Of a stretch of DNA of 64,000 bases, positions 1-12,390 are shown piece by piece. The notes under the pieces are model-generated. The model saw only the letters and a program-made list of their open reading frames with translations. It made no database searches and was not told where the DNA came from. How positions within the stretch are numbered: position 1 is the first letter of the stretch; each line of letters opens with the position of its first letter. The translations under genes were made by a program, and so were the position numbers. The stretch covers positions 186,248,001-186,312,000 of the forward strand of contig NC_042997.1 in NCBI RefSeq assembly GCF_006345805.1, read 5' to 3'. This DNA is from Octopus sinensis (Eukaryota).

Positions 1-156
1 TGGTGTATACATTTATAAATTTAGTTGCATATTATTTATGTGTCTGCAGGATCGGGTATGTATATGTATAAATATGTAAATATATAATACGTATATAATA
101 TAATATATGTACGTATGTGTGTGTGCTATATATATATATTATATATATATATTATA

Positions 157-191
<35 letters not shown>

Positions 192-194
192 ATA

Positions 195-1150
195 AACTTA
201 GATAAAACTTAGATATGTTTCAGCCAAAGATTGGTCCAGGCCATGTCTAACTTAATAGCACCACCTGATAGGATTATTCGAATCCTGTTTAAGTCAAGTA
301 TTGTTTAAGTCAAGTTTTGTTCAAGTAGTGAGTTCTTGTTGGGTGAGTTGTATCAAGTTTTGTTCAAGTAGTGAGTTCTTGTTGGGTGAGTTGTATCCAA
401 TTATGGGTGGCTTATCTGGCATTCTTTGAAGGGATCTATCCAGACTCCGTTTAAAGTTAATGGGATCCTTTTCCTCTTTGATCTCCCTCGGGACAATGTT
501 AAATAGGGCAGGGCCTGTTGAGGAAAAGAAATTATGTTGCAGTGTACAGGTATGTTGTGATCTTGAATTGGGCAGGGGATGTATAGCCCGTGGTTCCAGT
601 CTTGGATGAACCTTGAAGGTAATGTTAAGGTCGTTTGGGCAAAGTTGGCGGTATATTCTCCACATCGTACAAATGATGTACCGCTCACGGCGACGCTGGA
701 GGGAGTAAAGTTTCAAGGCTTTAAGGCGATCCCAATAATCGAGAGCAGCCATGCCTTCAATTCGTTTAGTGAGTGCCCTCTGGGGTGACTCAATTCTGGA
801 GATGTTTTGTCTTGTATAGGGAGACCACAGTGGGCAGCAGTATTCAAGGTGTGGCCGTACAAAGGAGGAAAAAAGTGGTATGATGACACCTTGTTCTCTG
901 GACCGGTAAGTTCTTAAGATTCAGGAACTCATCCTACGAGCTATATCGACCTTCTTGTTGATGTGTGCACTCCAACTGAGATCGTCATCAACAATTACAC
1001 CCACGTCTCTAATATTGTTAGAGGCTGTGAGCGGTTCCCCTGAAGGAAGAGAGTATGGTTGTTTTAGTGAGGAATTTCTTCCAAAATGCATCAGCTCAAA
1101 TTTTCCCTCATTCAGTTGCATTTTGTTTCTGTCTGCCCATTGACTCACAG
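195..1150 (-). mobile_element. 5'-truncated CR1-clade LINE (3' end of ORF2 plus 3' UTR and short repeat tail), inserted in a (TA)n tract
   Basis: C-terminal ORF2 motifs typical of CR1/L2-group LINEs; AAACTTAGAT-type tail repeats at ~194-214; (TA)n on both sides (127-193, 1156-1180). Confidence 0.85.
321..1148 (-). pseudogene. LINE ORF2 remnant (RT thumb/C-terminal domain), one frame with one premature TGA at 921-923
   Basis: ORFs 921-1148 and 321-752 are in the same frame: WADRNKMQLNEGK..RDVGVIVDDDLSWSAHI..SS*ILRT..FVRPHLEYCCPLWSP..YWDRLKALKLYSLQRRRER. Confidence 0.88.
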
Positions 1151-1539
1151 TTGAGTATATATATATATATATATATATATTTCATCTCTGTCTATCTCTC
1201 TCCTTCTCTTGTTCTTCATCCTTTCTGGTTTTCTCTCCCGCCCTTCCCTATTCTTCCCCTCCCCCTTCACCGCTTCCTCCTTCTTACTCCTCCTCCTCGA
1301 CTCTCTCGTCACTGACACGTGATCAGAGGGAAGCCATCTTTCCAACTGCTATCTTCACCAAGACCAGACCGGCTTATCCTGTCTCTTTCATAAGCTGTCT
1401 CTTTAAGCGTTCACAATAATTTTTCTATCGTCTTGGCTTAACAACCCTCATCGTTTGTTTTTACTGTTTTGTTCTCAATGTTCTGTCTTTTACTGTTTTT
1501 GCTTTTTTATTGTTTTTACTGTTTTTGCTTTTTTATTGT

Positions 1540-1860
1540 TTTTACTGTTTTGTTCTTACTGTCCTGTTCTTGTTATCACTTTTACCCTCCACAAAAAATC
1601 CCAAATTCTATTTAATTTGCTTTGCGGGAAGGATTGTTTCAACTGAGTCGCGTCTTGTCCTTGCCTTCGAAAAAGCGGAGTATATGAAACAGGGACAACT
1701 GAAGAAGGGGAATATTCCTAGTGTTATATATCTTGTACTCTGGGTTTCTTTTTTTTTCGTTGTTTGAAAAAAGTTTGTTTCTATGTTTTTGTTTTTATGT
1801 TTTGGTTTCTCATTGTGTTCCACGAGTTTTTGATGTCCTGTACCCATATATGCATGAAAA
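1540..1860. repeat. Dispersed non-coding element, copy 1, abutting (TA)n
   Basis: Collinear similarity to 2461-2770 (CTGTCCTGTTCTTGTTA...AAATCCCAAAT...GCGGGAAGGA...ATGAAACAGGGACAA...TCTCATTGTGTTC...CTGTACCCATATATGCATG). Confidence 0.75.
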
Positions 1861-2460
1861 TATACATATATATGTAGGTATGTACATATATGTATGTATA
1901 TATGCATATATTTATATATTATTTATTATATATATATATTGAAATTAATAAAGATTTGGAGAACAAAGACTTGTACATTCAAGTTTTATTTTACAGTTAG
2001 TCACATCTTTCTTCGTCAAACGCACGTTTCCACTGCAAGGCTATGCACACTGTTAAATGTGCATTTTGGTGTTAATTATTGGTGCAGCTGCATCCTGTTC
2101 TACCGGGTCGGATATCATCTGAAGAGAGTATAAGCTTGACTAAAATTATTCTCTAATGCGGTATTAACGTTACTAAAAATATAAAGATAGTAAATCTCTA
2201 TCCTCCTGATCGTCATTAATTCCAATAGATTATTTTTTCACTACGGACACTATACAGTCCTTCAAAAGACATTTAGATTTACCAAATGATGATTAACCGA
2301 GTATAGCAAATTTTAACTAATTGAAGTCTATCTACATTCACTCTGGTTGGTTAGCTAGCATTAATAACTGATAAGAACAAACACGGTGTCCGCGAGATTA
2401 ATATATTCCTCTTAGCCAGTTTTGAAAATTTGCATTTCGGTATATATATATTTATATATA

Positions 2461-2770
2461 TTCTTGTTCTCACTGTCCTGTTCTTGTTACCACTTTCGTC
2501 CTCCGCAAAAAATCCCAAATTTTATCTAATGTGCTTTGCGGGAAGGACTGTTTCAACGAAGTCGCGTATGGTCCTTGCCTTCGACCAGCGGAGTAGATGA
2601 AACAGGGACAATTGAAGAAGGGGAATATTCTTTATGTTGCATATCTTGTTTCTCTGCTTGTTTGTTTTTTTCGTTGTTCGAAAAAAAGTTCGTTTTCTGT
2701 TTTTGTTGGTATGTTTTTGTTTCTCATTGTGTTCAACGTTTTAAGATGTACTGTACCCATATATGCATGT
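2461..2770. repeat. Dispersed non-coding element, copy 2, flanked by (TA)n
   Basis: Collinear with 1540-1860. Confidence 0.75.
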
Positions 2771-2841
2771 ATATATGCATGTATATATGCATATATATGT
2801 AGGGATGTACATATATGTATATATGCATATATTTATATTAT

Positions 2842-2892
<51 letters not shown>

Positions 2893-3589
2893 GGTAAAAT
2901 AAGTTATGAAGTAGTAAACACATGCTGTCTAAGGGGCTGAGGTGCTGTATCACGTGCATGTCGAACAGAAAGTATAAATTCGAAAGTAAACCATTTTAGG
3001 AGAAAAATTCTTCCCTATCCATCTATGCATTCTTTAAGACCTAATATGCGAATGGCATTATATTCATTATTCTTCACGGCACAGACATCATGGAACTTCC
3101 TGATCACTAAAAGTGTTATCCTGGTTTAACCAAAGCCAATGCCTTTGAGCATACGAGAACTACCAATCGTTCTTTATTATGCTTTAATCTAACATGATGA
3201 TGTCAAGTCTTGTGTAGCACATGCTACACTGAAATTTGCCAATATATTTCTATGTAAAATTTTCCAGTAAATGCCACTTTCATGGTTGTTATATATTTTT
3301 CTCAGCTGTAATATTACGTTCCTTGAAAAATTCCTAAAACGATACATTGCACGCCATAACTCCGTCTAAGCTAGTTGTTTCCTTTTCGAGAAGTAATGTC
3401 CAATTTTCTCATTCCATGACTTTTTAAATCTGGCCGCCCAGCCATATAAGGAAATAATTCGGACTACATGATTCAATTCCTTTTCATAATTTCTTGCTCA
3501 GATTAAAATCATAACCGCTTATTTACGATACTGGCTTCAGTTAATTGCCGTGTGCAGTATTTTAAATAATTTTCGCATTTTGTCATATT

Positions 3590-3942
3590 CTTTTTCTTGT
3601 TTCAGTCATTTGACTCTTTGTAAGCCTAGTACTTATTCTATCGATATCTTTTGCCGAATCGCTAGGTTGCAGGGACGTAAACACACCAACATTGGTTGTC
3701 GAGTGATGGTAGGAGGACAAACACAGACACACACACACGGACACACACACAAACACATACATACATATATATATATATATATACACGATGGGCAACATTC
3801 AGTTTCCGTCTACCAAATCCACAAGGCTTTGGTCGGCCCGAGGTTATAGCAGGAGACACTTGCCCAAGGTGCCACGCAGTGGGACTGAACCCGGAACCAT
3901 GTGGTCGGGAAGAAAGCTTCTTTCTACACAGCCACGCTGCAC
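3590..3942 (-). mobile_element. tRNA-derived SINE family A (CORE-like CCTTGGGCAAGTG block, internal (TA)/(TG) microsatellite)
   Basis: Reverse complement of 7194-7592; A/B-box head GTGGCTGTGTGG...GGTTCAGTCCC; ACTGAAACAAG tail. Confidence 0.85.
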
Positions 3943-4678
3943 CTATGCAGACTTTTCTTATTTGTTATTTTAGCTTTAAGCTCAGAACACAGAGCAAAAT
4001 CAAAAGACACTTATTTGTTATGAGTTCTTAACGTTATATGAATTCGACGTTGTTATATATTCCGCCATTAACACACTTCACTTACGTTTCGTTCCGTTTT
4101 TGTTAAGATTTATCATTAAGTCTTAACGTTGTTTTCCTTTGTTTCCCCTTCTCGTTAACTTATACATCACGACAATATAGACTAAAGAGTAACTTCTTTA
4201 AAGTACAACACTCGGTGTTTCACAGGACTACACAACTTTTACTTTATAAATGATGACAGCAGATGAGTGTGTTGCCATCAGTTGTTTTTACTGTACGACA
4301 AAAGTGCCGTTAACTTGGGGCTTACTTTATTCTGGATGCCGTTATTCAAGAGTTTTACTCTAAACTAGAAAAGACGGACTATTAAACACTGCTGGATTTG
4401 AAACTGATGTATAAGTTATCTTATTTGATGCCTTAATTAACTTGAACAAGTCTTGAACCTTACGACAATTCATAAGAAGTTTTGTTTCCCCACCGCATAG
4501 TTTTGGATTCAGTCTCACTGCGTGGCACCTAGGCCAAGTGTGTTCTGCTAGAGCCCCGGGGTCAACAAAAACCTTGTGAGTGGATTTGGTTGACGGAAAC
4601 AATGAAATCGTTGTGTCTGTATGTGTCTGTGTGTGTGTATGGAATACTTACTATAAAGCATTGTGTAGAATACATTGT

Positions 4679-4991
4679 ATAAAAGATCGTGGGTAAGACC
4701 AAAACAATGCGAAATAAATGCAAGGTAAATCACAAGAAAACAAATATATAAATTAATGTAGACTTACATTGTACTCAATATTTCGGGGTTATGACCCAAT
4801 TTTCAAGAAATTGACGAATGTTGCCGAATGTTGCCACGCACATCGGCAACATTCGTCAATTTCTTGAAAATGGGGTCATAACCCCGAAATATTGAGTACA
4901 ATGTAAGTCTACATTAATTTATATATTTGTTTTCTTGTGATTTACCTTGCATTTATTTCGCATTGTTTTAGCCTTACTCACGATCTTTTAT
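4679..4991. repeat. Near-perfect 313-bp palindrome (149-bp arms, 15-nt spacer), Penelope-like inverted-end structure
   Basis: 4679-4827 is the reverse complement of 4843-4991 with only a few mismatches. Confidence 0.92.
4861..4896 (+). ncRNA. Minimal type-I hammerhead-like motif (U3-A8 variant); mirror copy at 4774-4809 on minus strand
   Basis: uuc UUGAAAA u GGGGU-caua-ACCCC GAAA UAU U gag; palindromic AUAU helix III; helix I only 3 bp. Confidence 0.4.
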
Positions 4992-5169
4992 GCGATATAT
5001 ATATATGTGTGTGTGTGTGTATGTATATGTATATATATATACATATATATATATATACATATACATATATAAATATACATATATATATGTGTATATATGT
5101 ATATATGTATATATATGTATATGTATATATATGTGTGTGTGTGTGTATGTATGCATGTATATATGTATA

Positions 5170-5205
<36 letters not shown>

Positions 5206-6019
5206 TATAAACATATCTATCTATACGTGTATGTTGATACATATATATTAACACACACACATACACACCGCACACACATCTGTGTGTGTTTGTCCCACCA
5301 CAACCGCTTTGACAACCAGTGTTGGTTTGTTTACGGTTCAGCAACCCAACGGTTCGGCTAAAAATATCGACAGAATGAGTACCAAATATTTTTTTCTAAG
5401 ATAACAAAAGACAAGCAGTGGAATCGATTTATTTGTTCAACAAACCCTTTCATGTCAGTGTCCCGGCATGACCGCAATCCAATGACCTCAAACAAGTAAA
5501 AAAAAAAAATATGCCTGTATTCAATAGACATTTGACTGCTATTTCTAGCAAGTCAAGCAACCAACCACGTCGGGAGCCTCCTCAATGTCATTGTTTTACG
5601 CAAAATAGTGCTGTGTTTGTGTGTAAGCCACGCGTGCATGTTGTATGCATTGTTTATGTGCAAGTGTCTTGTGTCTGTGTGCAGTATGCATGTTCCATGA
5701 GACACATGTTTACAGGATGAAGGCAGCATTTGGTATGTGTGCATGTCTGTCTGCCCACATGCCGTATTCTGCTCTCCCTCCCTCTCTCTCTCTCTTTCTC
5801 TCTCTCTACCCTCTCTCTCTCTCTCTCTCTCACTCTCTCTCCCTCCCCACTGTCTCTGTCTCTCTCCCTCTCTTTTTCTGTATGAGTTTGTAGTTTTGTT
5901 GTACCAATGCATGCCTTGCGTTGATATGTTTTGTTGCATATATGCGTTGTGTCCGAGTATGTGTGTATATGTGTATGTGTGTTGGGTATTTACAGACGTA
6001 TTCATAGGTGTATGCGCCG

Positions 6020-6345
6020 GCACTAGCACTGGTTCTCCGTCGGTTACGACGACGAAGGTTCCAGTTGATCCGATCAACGGAACAACCAGCTCGTGAAATG
6101 AACAGCCTGCTCGTTCAAGTGGTTGAGCCCTCCACGGACAAGTGTACCCTTAATACAGTGTGACACAGAGTGATAAAGCTGGTCCTTTTAAATACAGGGA
6201 CTACTCATTTTTGCCAACTGAGTGGACTGGAGCAACGTGAAATAAATTATCTTGCTCAAGGAAAAATGCGTCACCGGGAATTGAACTCACGATCTTGCGA
6301 TAGTGAGTCGAATACCCTAACTACTAAACCAAGCGCCTTCACTGG
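6020..6345 (-). mobile_element. tRNA-derived SINE sharing tail type 1 with family C
   Basis: Head GAAGGCGCTTGGTTTAGTAG...GAGTTCAATTCCC on minus; tail CCGTTGATCGGATCAACTGGAACC shared with 7952-8316. Confidence 0.7.
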
Positions 6346-7193
6346 CTATATGCACATCGTTGTAAACTGTGTCTCTTTCTGTGTGTATGCATATAAAAGC
6401 GTTGCCATACCTGGTTCTGTTGGTTTAAGTATGTACATGGATGTGCATGTGTGTGTGTGTGTGTGTGTTTTTGCATTCGTTTGTGTACTTGGGTATGCAT
6501 GCGTATATATATGATCTGTATGTGTGCGTGTTTTCGTGAATGTGTGCGTGCGAATCGGTGCACGTCGTATTTTATGTAGATGTCTGTGTACATGTGCGCA
6601 TGCGTGAGTTTGTTCATTTGTGAGTATAGCCAAATGCAATTTGTCCCCTACATTGTCACAATTATATGTTCCATGGGTCCTGTTGACGAGGTCCACTTGC
6701 CTGCTAGCATTTGCGTCTTATGTCTGAAGGTAATTTTATCCCACCAGAACCTGGGCAATGACGAAGGGCATGAGTGTAAGTTTGTCTTCTCGGATTAAGC
6801 CATGCAATAAAAAGTAGAAATAACTCCAAGAAACCGAGAAAGAATCCTCTGCGTAGTCGCTTGACCTTCCCTAAAGTAGTAGCCAAATCTGTCTCATATC
6901 ACCCACCTACCATCTGAGAGAAGGAAATGTAGGGTAATGTGGCCCTGAGATACCTACACATAAAGAATCGAGACGGTCACAGTTAAATGTCTTTGATCGT
7001 GGGTTAGCTCAATCTACGATGATCTGGGGTTCGCCTCATACACCAGCAGCTACCCGTTTTATACGAGTCAACAAGGAAGCATTTACAAGAAAGTTACATT
7101 GCTTGAAATACTTGTTAAATTGTTTTCGAATCACATGCTCAACCACCCTAATAAAGAGAAAGGGCACATTAGATATATTTTGTTCTAGATATT

Positions 7194-7592
7194 AGGCGCA
7201 GGAGTGGCTGTGTGGTAAGTAGCTTGCTTACCAATCACATGGTTCCGGGTTCAGTCCCACTGCGTGGCACTTTGGGCAAGTGTTTTCTACTATAGCCTTG
7301 GGCCGAACAAAGCCTTGTGAGTGGATCTGATGGACGGAAACTGAAAGAAGCCCGTCGTATATATATATATATATATGTTATGTGTATGTATATGTTTGTG
7401 TGTCTGTGTTTGTACCCCCAACATCGCTTGACAATCGATACTGGTGTGTTTACGTCCCCGTCACCTAGCGGTTCGGCAAGAGAGACCGATAGAATAAGTA
7501 CTAGGCTTACAAAGAATAAGTCCTGGGGTCGATTTGCTCGACTAAAGGCGGTGCTCCAGCATGGCCGCAGTCATAAGAACAAAGAAAAAGAA
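7194..7592 (+). mobile_element. SINE family A, near full-length
   Basis: AGGCGCAGGAGTGGCTGTGTGGTAAG...GGTTCAGTCCC...TTGGGCAAGTG...microsatellite...GCTCCAGCATGGCCGCAGTC. Confidence 0.9.
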
Positions 7593-7951
7593 TACTCGTA
7601 AAAGCATACGATGGCCATCGACGGAATGCATTCGATAAAAGATCTACTCCATCTATGACCAGCCGTGGCAAAACGATTGTTTTTGTTTCTTTTGTTTGTT
7701 CCATGTTTTGTCTTGTTTCGTTCTTTTATACAACATCGTAGGTCCACTTCAATCCGCGTAACTAACAGTAATACAAGAAAACAGGATATGGTTCCGTACC
7801 AACGTGATGAAAATCCAAGGTAGAGCCTATGAAGCAACATGATCAAGCGAATAGCAGAAACATAAGGTTTAACGGTGGACTGATGTAAAATACACACTGT
7901 TCATAAATTATCTTCACAATTTCCACAATGTATTGTGTTATGTTGTCTATA

Positions 7952-8316
7952 GTGGAGGCGCAATGGCCCAGTGGTTAGGATCGCGGTTTCGATTCCCAGA
8001 CCGCGTTTGAGTTTTTATTGAGCGAAAACAACTAAAAGCTCCACGAGGCTCCGGCAGGGGATGGTGGTGATTCCTGCTGTACCCTTTCACCACAACTTTC
8101 TCTCACTCTTACTTCCTGTTTCTGTTGTACCTGTATTTCAAGGGGCCGGCCTTGTAACTCTCTGTGTCACGCTGAATATCCCCGAGAACTACGTTAAGGG
8201 TGCACGTGTCTGTGGAGTGCTCAGCCACTTACACGTTAATTTCACGAGCAGGCTGTTCCGTTGATTCGGATCAACCGGAACCCTCATCGTCGTAACCGAC
8301 GGAGTGCTTCCATCCA
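7952..8316 (+). mobile_element. SINE family C (GGAGGCGCAATGG tRNA head), tail type 1, with 13-bp TSD
   Basis: TSD TATGTTGTCTATA at 7939-7951 and 8317-8329; near-identical to 61466-61825. Confidence 0.9.
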
Positions 8317-8439
8317 TATGTTGTCTATATCTATTGTGTGGAATCAATTGAGCCCTCGTGGAAGTGTTCTGATGTTTCTAATAAAAATTTATGTTGCAGT
8401 TCTATATTTATATACTCTTATACCCACTATGCCATTTGC

Positions 8440-8690
8440 CCGGCATATGGCGTAGTGGTTAAGAGCGCGGGCTACTAACCCCAAGATACCGAGTTCGACT
8501 CTAAGCAGTGACCTGAACAACAACAACAATAATAATAATAATAATATCGAAAAATACCTTAGGAATGAGAACCCAGGTTCGAAATTTCCCCAAGGCACCT
8601 GAAAAAGGCTGGAGGGTATATCAGCCGAAACGTTGTATTTACAACAAACAAGATGAGGACAAATATCCGTCGAATGTAAATAATGTAAAG
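8440..8690 (+). mobile_element. tRNA-headed SINE-like element with a hammerhead-like motif in its tail
   Basis: A box TGGCGTAGTGG, B box GAGTTCGACTC, (CAA)/(TAA) linker, hammerhead-like core 8594-8639; possible TSD AATTTATGTT (8386-8395 / 8691-8700). Confidence 0.7.
8594..8639 (+). ncRNA. Degenerate minimal type-I hammerhead ribozyme motif (G8>A in this copy)
   Basis: ggcac CUGAAAA a GGCUG-gaggguauau-CAGCC GAAA CGU U guauu; palindromic ACGU helix III. Confidence 0.55.
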
Positions 8691-8790
8691 AATTTATGTT
8701 TTCCAATAAAAATCTGCTGAGTTATCCTTATTTTCCGATTTTTTTTCTGAAATTCCCAAATTGTGAAAGTAATTTGTGAATACCCTATAG

Positions 8791-8860
8791 TTTTACGTTT
8801 CGAACAATTTGCACTTCTTCAAAGAAGGGAGATAAGTAAGAAAACAAAGAAGAAAAATAA
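8791..8860 (-). mobile_element. Degenerate copy of the hammerhead-like element family seen at 49.1 kb and 55.0 kb
   Basis: Minus strand UUGAAGAA gugc-aaauu-guuc GAAACGUA aaa; purine-rich plus-strand flank resembles 49250-49290. Confidence 0.45.
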
Positions 8861-9231
8861 GCAGAAATAAAGAATTGGATGCAGAAACAGGAAAAGAAAA
8901 AGAAATGCCTAAATGTTACGGGATTACCCCCACGTCCCCGAGAAATCGCAAACATATCCGAAATGTAAGAGACTCTTAGACTTTTCTCTTTCTACCAGCG
9001 TGCAACTATTTTACCAACTTTTGCACTTCCATTTTGGGGCAGTTTTTAAGATATAGTCCCTTTTTTTTTTACAAACCAATGTAAGCCTTTACAAGGTTGC
9101 TCCATCTGTTAGAAATGGTGACCAAATTTCCCTCATATCATGTACTCTGCCATCTTAAAAAAAGTTCACATGAAATGATTTAATCTTGGTACCCGCTCCT
9201 AATAATGGAATAGGGAAGGAGGGTCACGGTT

Positions 9232-9453
9232 ACTCTTTTACTTATTTCAGTCATTTGACTGTGGCCATGCTGGAGCACCGCCTTTAGTCGAACAAATCAA
9301 CCCCAGGACTTATTCTTTGTAAGCCTAGTACTTATTCTCTCGGTCTTTTTGCCGAACCGCTAAGTTACGGGGACGTAAACACATAGCATCGGTTGTCAAG
9401 CGATGTTGGAGGGACAAACACAGACACACAAACATATACACACACATACACAC

Positions 9454-9512
<59 letters not shown>

Positions 9513-9692
9513 CACATATACATATATACGACAGGCTTCTTTCAGTTTCGGTCAACCACATCCATCTACAAGGCTTTGGTCGGCCCGAGGCTATGGTAGA
9601 AGACACTTGCCCAAGGTGCCTCGCAGTGGGACTGAACCCGGAACTGTGTGGTTCGTAAGCAAGCTACTTACCACACAGCCATTCCTACGCCT
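9232..9692 (-). mobile_element. SINE family A, full-length
   Basis: Reverse complement of 7194-7592 / 44299-44733. Confidence 0.9.
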
Positions 9693-10437
9693 ACGGTTAG
9701 AATACTCCTGATCATAAATCCGCTCGACCACAGCTGACGTAGTACTGAGCAACAATAACAAAAACAAAAACAAGAGATTCTAGATGTATTTTTCTCCAAG
9801 ACAGAGAGACAGGTACTCCTTCCTGGCAAATTGAGAAACGTGGAATATTATTTGTTGCTATTTTGTCGTTGTTGCTCCTGCTGCTTCTGTTGTTGCTGTT
9901 GCCGCTGCTGCTGCTGCTGTAGTGGTTGTTCAGCTGCGATCAAGCAATCCCAGAACCAAAACTTACCATCCGAAGTCATCCCCCGCTTTTTTTCCTTCCT
10001 TTTTTACATGTGCAGCAAATCCAAGACTTTATTAACAAAGGTGTCCTTTTTCTTTCAAAAAAAAAAAAAAACAACAAAATAGTGAGGGGGCAGTCCGGTG
10101 AGATTGATGTAAGGGGAATACTACAGTGAATGGTGAGAGAGAATTCGACGGGATACGAAGAAGGGAAAGGATATACGGGCCTGTTATCCCCCCGCCACTC
10201 ACCAGCCGAAAGTCATTAGGAAATACAGGAGAGTATAAAATGACAGCTATGTGTGGTGTTGCGTGTGTATCTGCGGATGAGGCAATGCGCGTGTGTGCGT
10301 GCGTACGCGTGGGATGCGTGCGTGTCTGTGTGCGTGCATGCAAGTGAGTGAGTGAGTGCTAGAGTAACTGCTGTGTGCGTCAGTGTATGTGTAATACTGC
10401 GCGTATGTGTGTGTGCAAAAGAGAGTGAGAGAGATTG

Positions 10438-10485
<48 letters not shown>

Positions 10486-10956
10486 TGACAGGCAGACAGG
10501 CAAACATAGTCAGACAGACTGACAGAGAGGCAGACAGGCTGGTTGGCAGACAGACAGATAGACAGTCAGACTGACAGGTAGATAGACAGATACAGACAAA
10601 GTGTATGTGTGCAAAACTGCATGCCAGAGTGTGAGTATATGTGTACATACGTGTGTGCGCGCACAAGCGTATGTACAAGTGTGTATTTATTAAATGGTGT
10701 TTCCTAAATGTATGTATACGCATATGTGCATATATATATATACACACACACGCACGCACACACATACACATGCACACACACAAACGTGTTCTCGGAAGAG
10801 GACACTTTCTCATGTCTTGGGGATGGCAGGTAATCCCGGATTTTTGCGTGGAGCTTACTCCGAATTACCCAAAATGGACTGTCACACTATTGCGGGATCT
10901 AATTATTTATTTATTAAGAATTTATTTCTCTAATTTCTATTACATATCTTCCGTAA

Positions 10957-11540
10957 GGCGGCGAGCTGGCAGAAACGTTAGCACGCCGGGCGAAATGCGT
11001 AGCCGTATTTCGTCTGCCGTTACGTTCTGAGTTCAAATTCCGCCGAGGTCGACCTTGCCTTTCATCCTTTCGTGGTCGGTAAATTAAGTACCAGTTACGC
11101 GCTGGGGTCGATATAATAGACTTAATCCGTTTGTCTGTCCTTGTTTGTCCTCTCTTTGTTTAGCCCCTTGTGGGTAGTAAAGAAATGGGTATTTCCTCTG
11201 CCGCTACGTTCTGAGTTCAAATTCCGTCGAGGTCTACTTTGCCTTTCATCCTTACGGGGTCGATAATTTAAGGACCAGTTACGCACTGGGGTCGATGTAA
11301 TCGACTTAATCCGTGTTTCTGTCCTTGTTTGTCCTCTCTGTGTTTAGCCCCTTGTGGGTAATAAAGAAATAGGTATTTCGCCTGTCTTATGCTCTGAGTT
11401 CAAATTCCGCCGAGGTCTACTTTGCTTTTCATCCTTTCGGGGTCGATAAATTAAGTACCAGTCAAATACTGGGAGTCGATGTGATCGACTTACCCCCACC
11501 TACAAATTTCAGGCCTTGTGTCTACAGTAGAAAGGATTAA
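10957..11540 (+). mobile_element. SINE family B (tRNA head, Meta-domain-like core), one head plus tandem bodies
   Basis: GGCGGCGAGCTGGCAGAAACGTTAG...GAGTTCAAATTCC; core GGTCGACTTTGCCTTTCATCCTTTCGGGGTCGATAAATTAAGTACCAG occurs 3 times. Confidence 0.88.
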
Positions 11541-11823
11541 ATATCCTTTGTTTTATCCCCTAATGTGGTAGTATCTACATTTGATCGACGTAAACCCTAC
11601 CTATTTTTGTATTTTTTGTTTTGTTTTGTTTTTGTTTTTCGTGTACTGTATGTAACTCGCCCTTCGATATTGTCCACCATGTCTTGGGCCTTTGTGGCCA
11701 ATAAAAAGAAATCGATAGTAATTCTTTAGTCGAGAGGAGGTTGTTCTATCTATAGTCTTTGCAGGGCCTCACAAACTGGTAAATATGAGAAAGACGTGTG
11801 TTCGTGTGTATGCGTGTGTTTTC

Positions 11824-11940
11824 TGGGTCCAGTCCTACCGCGTGATACATTGGGCAAATGTCTTCTACAATGGCCTCGTGCCGATCAAAACCTTGTGAGT
11901 GGATTTGGAAGACGGAAACTGAAAGAAGCCCGTCATATAT

Positions 11941-12027
<87 letters not shown>

Positions 12028-12325
12028 AATAATGAAGGGTGAATTAATTAATTTGGAATAATTATCAATTACACCAAGTAGTCTTCGGCATGTAAAAGCC
12101 TCATTCGAGAAAATTTAAGTAATACTAAGCAATACAAGGGTTTAGCAACGAATTGCCTTACCACATACCGAATTTAGAAATAGCAGTCAAAGAGTTATAG
12201 GCTATTTCTTCTACCTTTGACTGCTATTTCTAAATTCGGTATGTGGTAAGGCAATTCGTTGCTAAACCCTTTATTGCTTATATATATATATATATATATA
12301 TACATATATATGCACACACACACAC

Positions 12326-12390
<65 letters not shown>

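Larger units (their letters stand above)
4475..5500 (+). mobile_element. Degenerate SINE family A interrupted in its microsatellite by a 313-bp palindrome
   Basis: Head/CORE similarity 4475-4615; 3' half 5280-5500. Confidence 0.7.

Noticed and set aside
1626-1720. Hammerhead-like GAAACAGUC / CUGAAGAAG motifs in the duplicated 1540/2461 element
   Set aside because: The two core halves lie on opposite strands, and neither has its partner segment at the right spacing
2118-2148. CUGAAGA GAGU-AUAA-GCUU hammerhead half
   Set aside because: It is followed by GACU rather than GAAA, and there is no helix I or III
8443-8512. Functional tRNA gene (also heads at 7952, 50893, 58789, 61466, 63760)
   Set aside because: No acceptor stem pairing or terminator; all continue into SINE bodies
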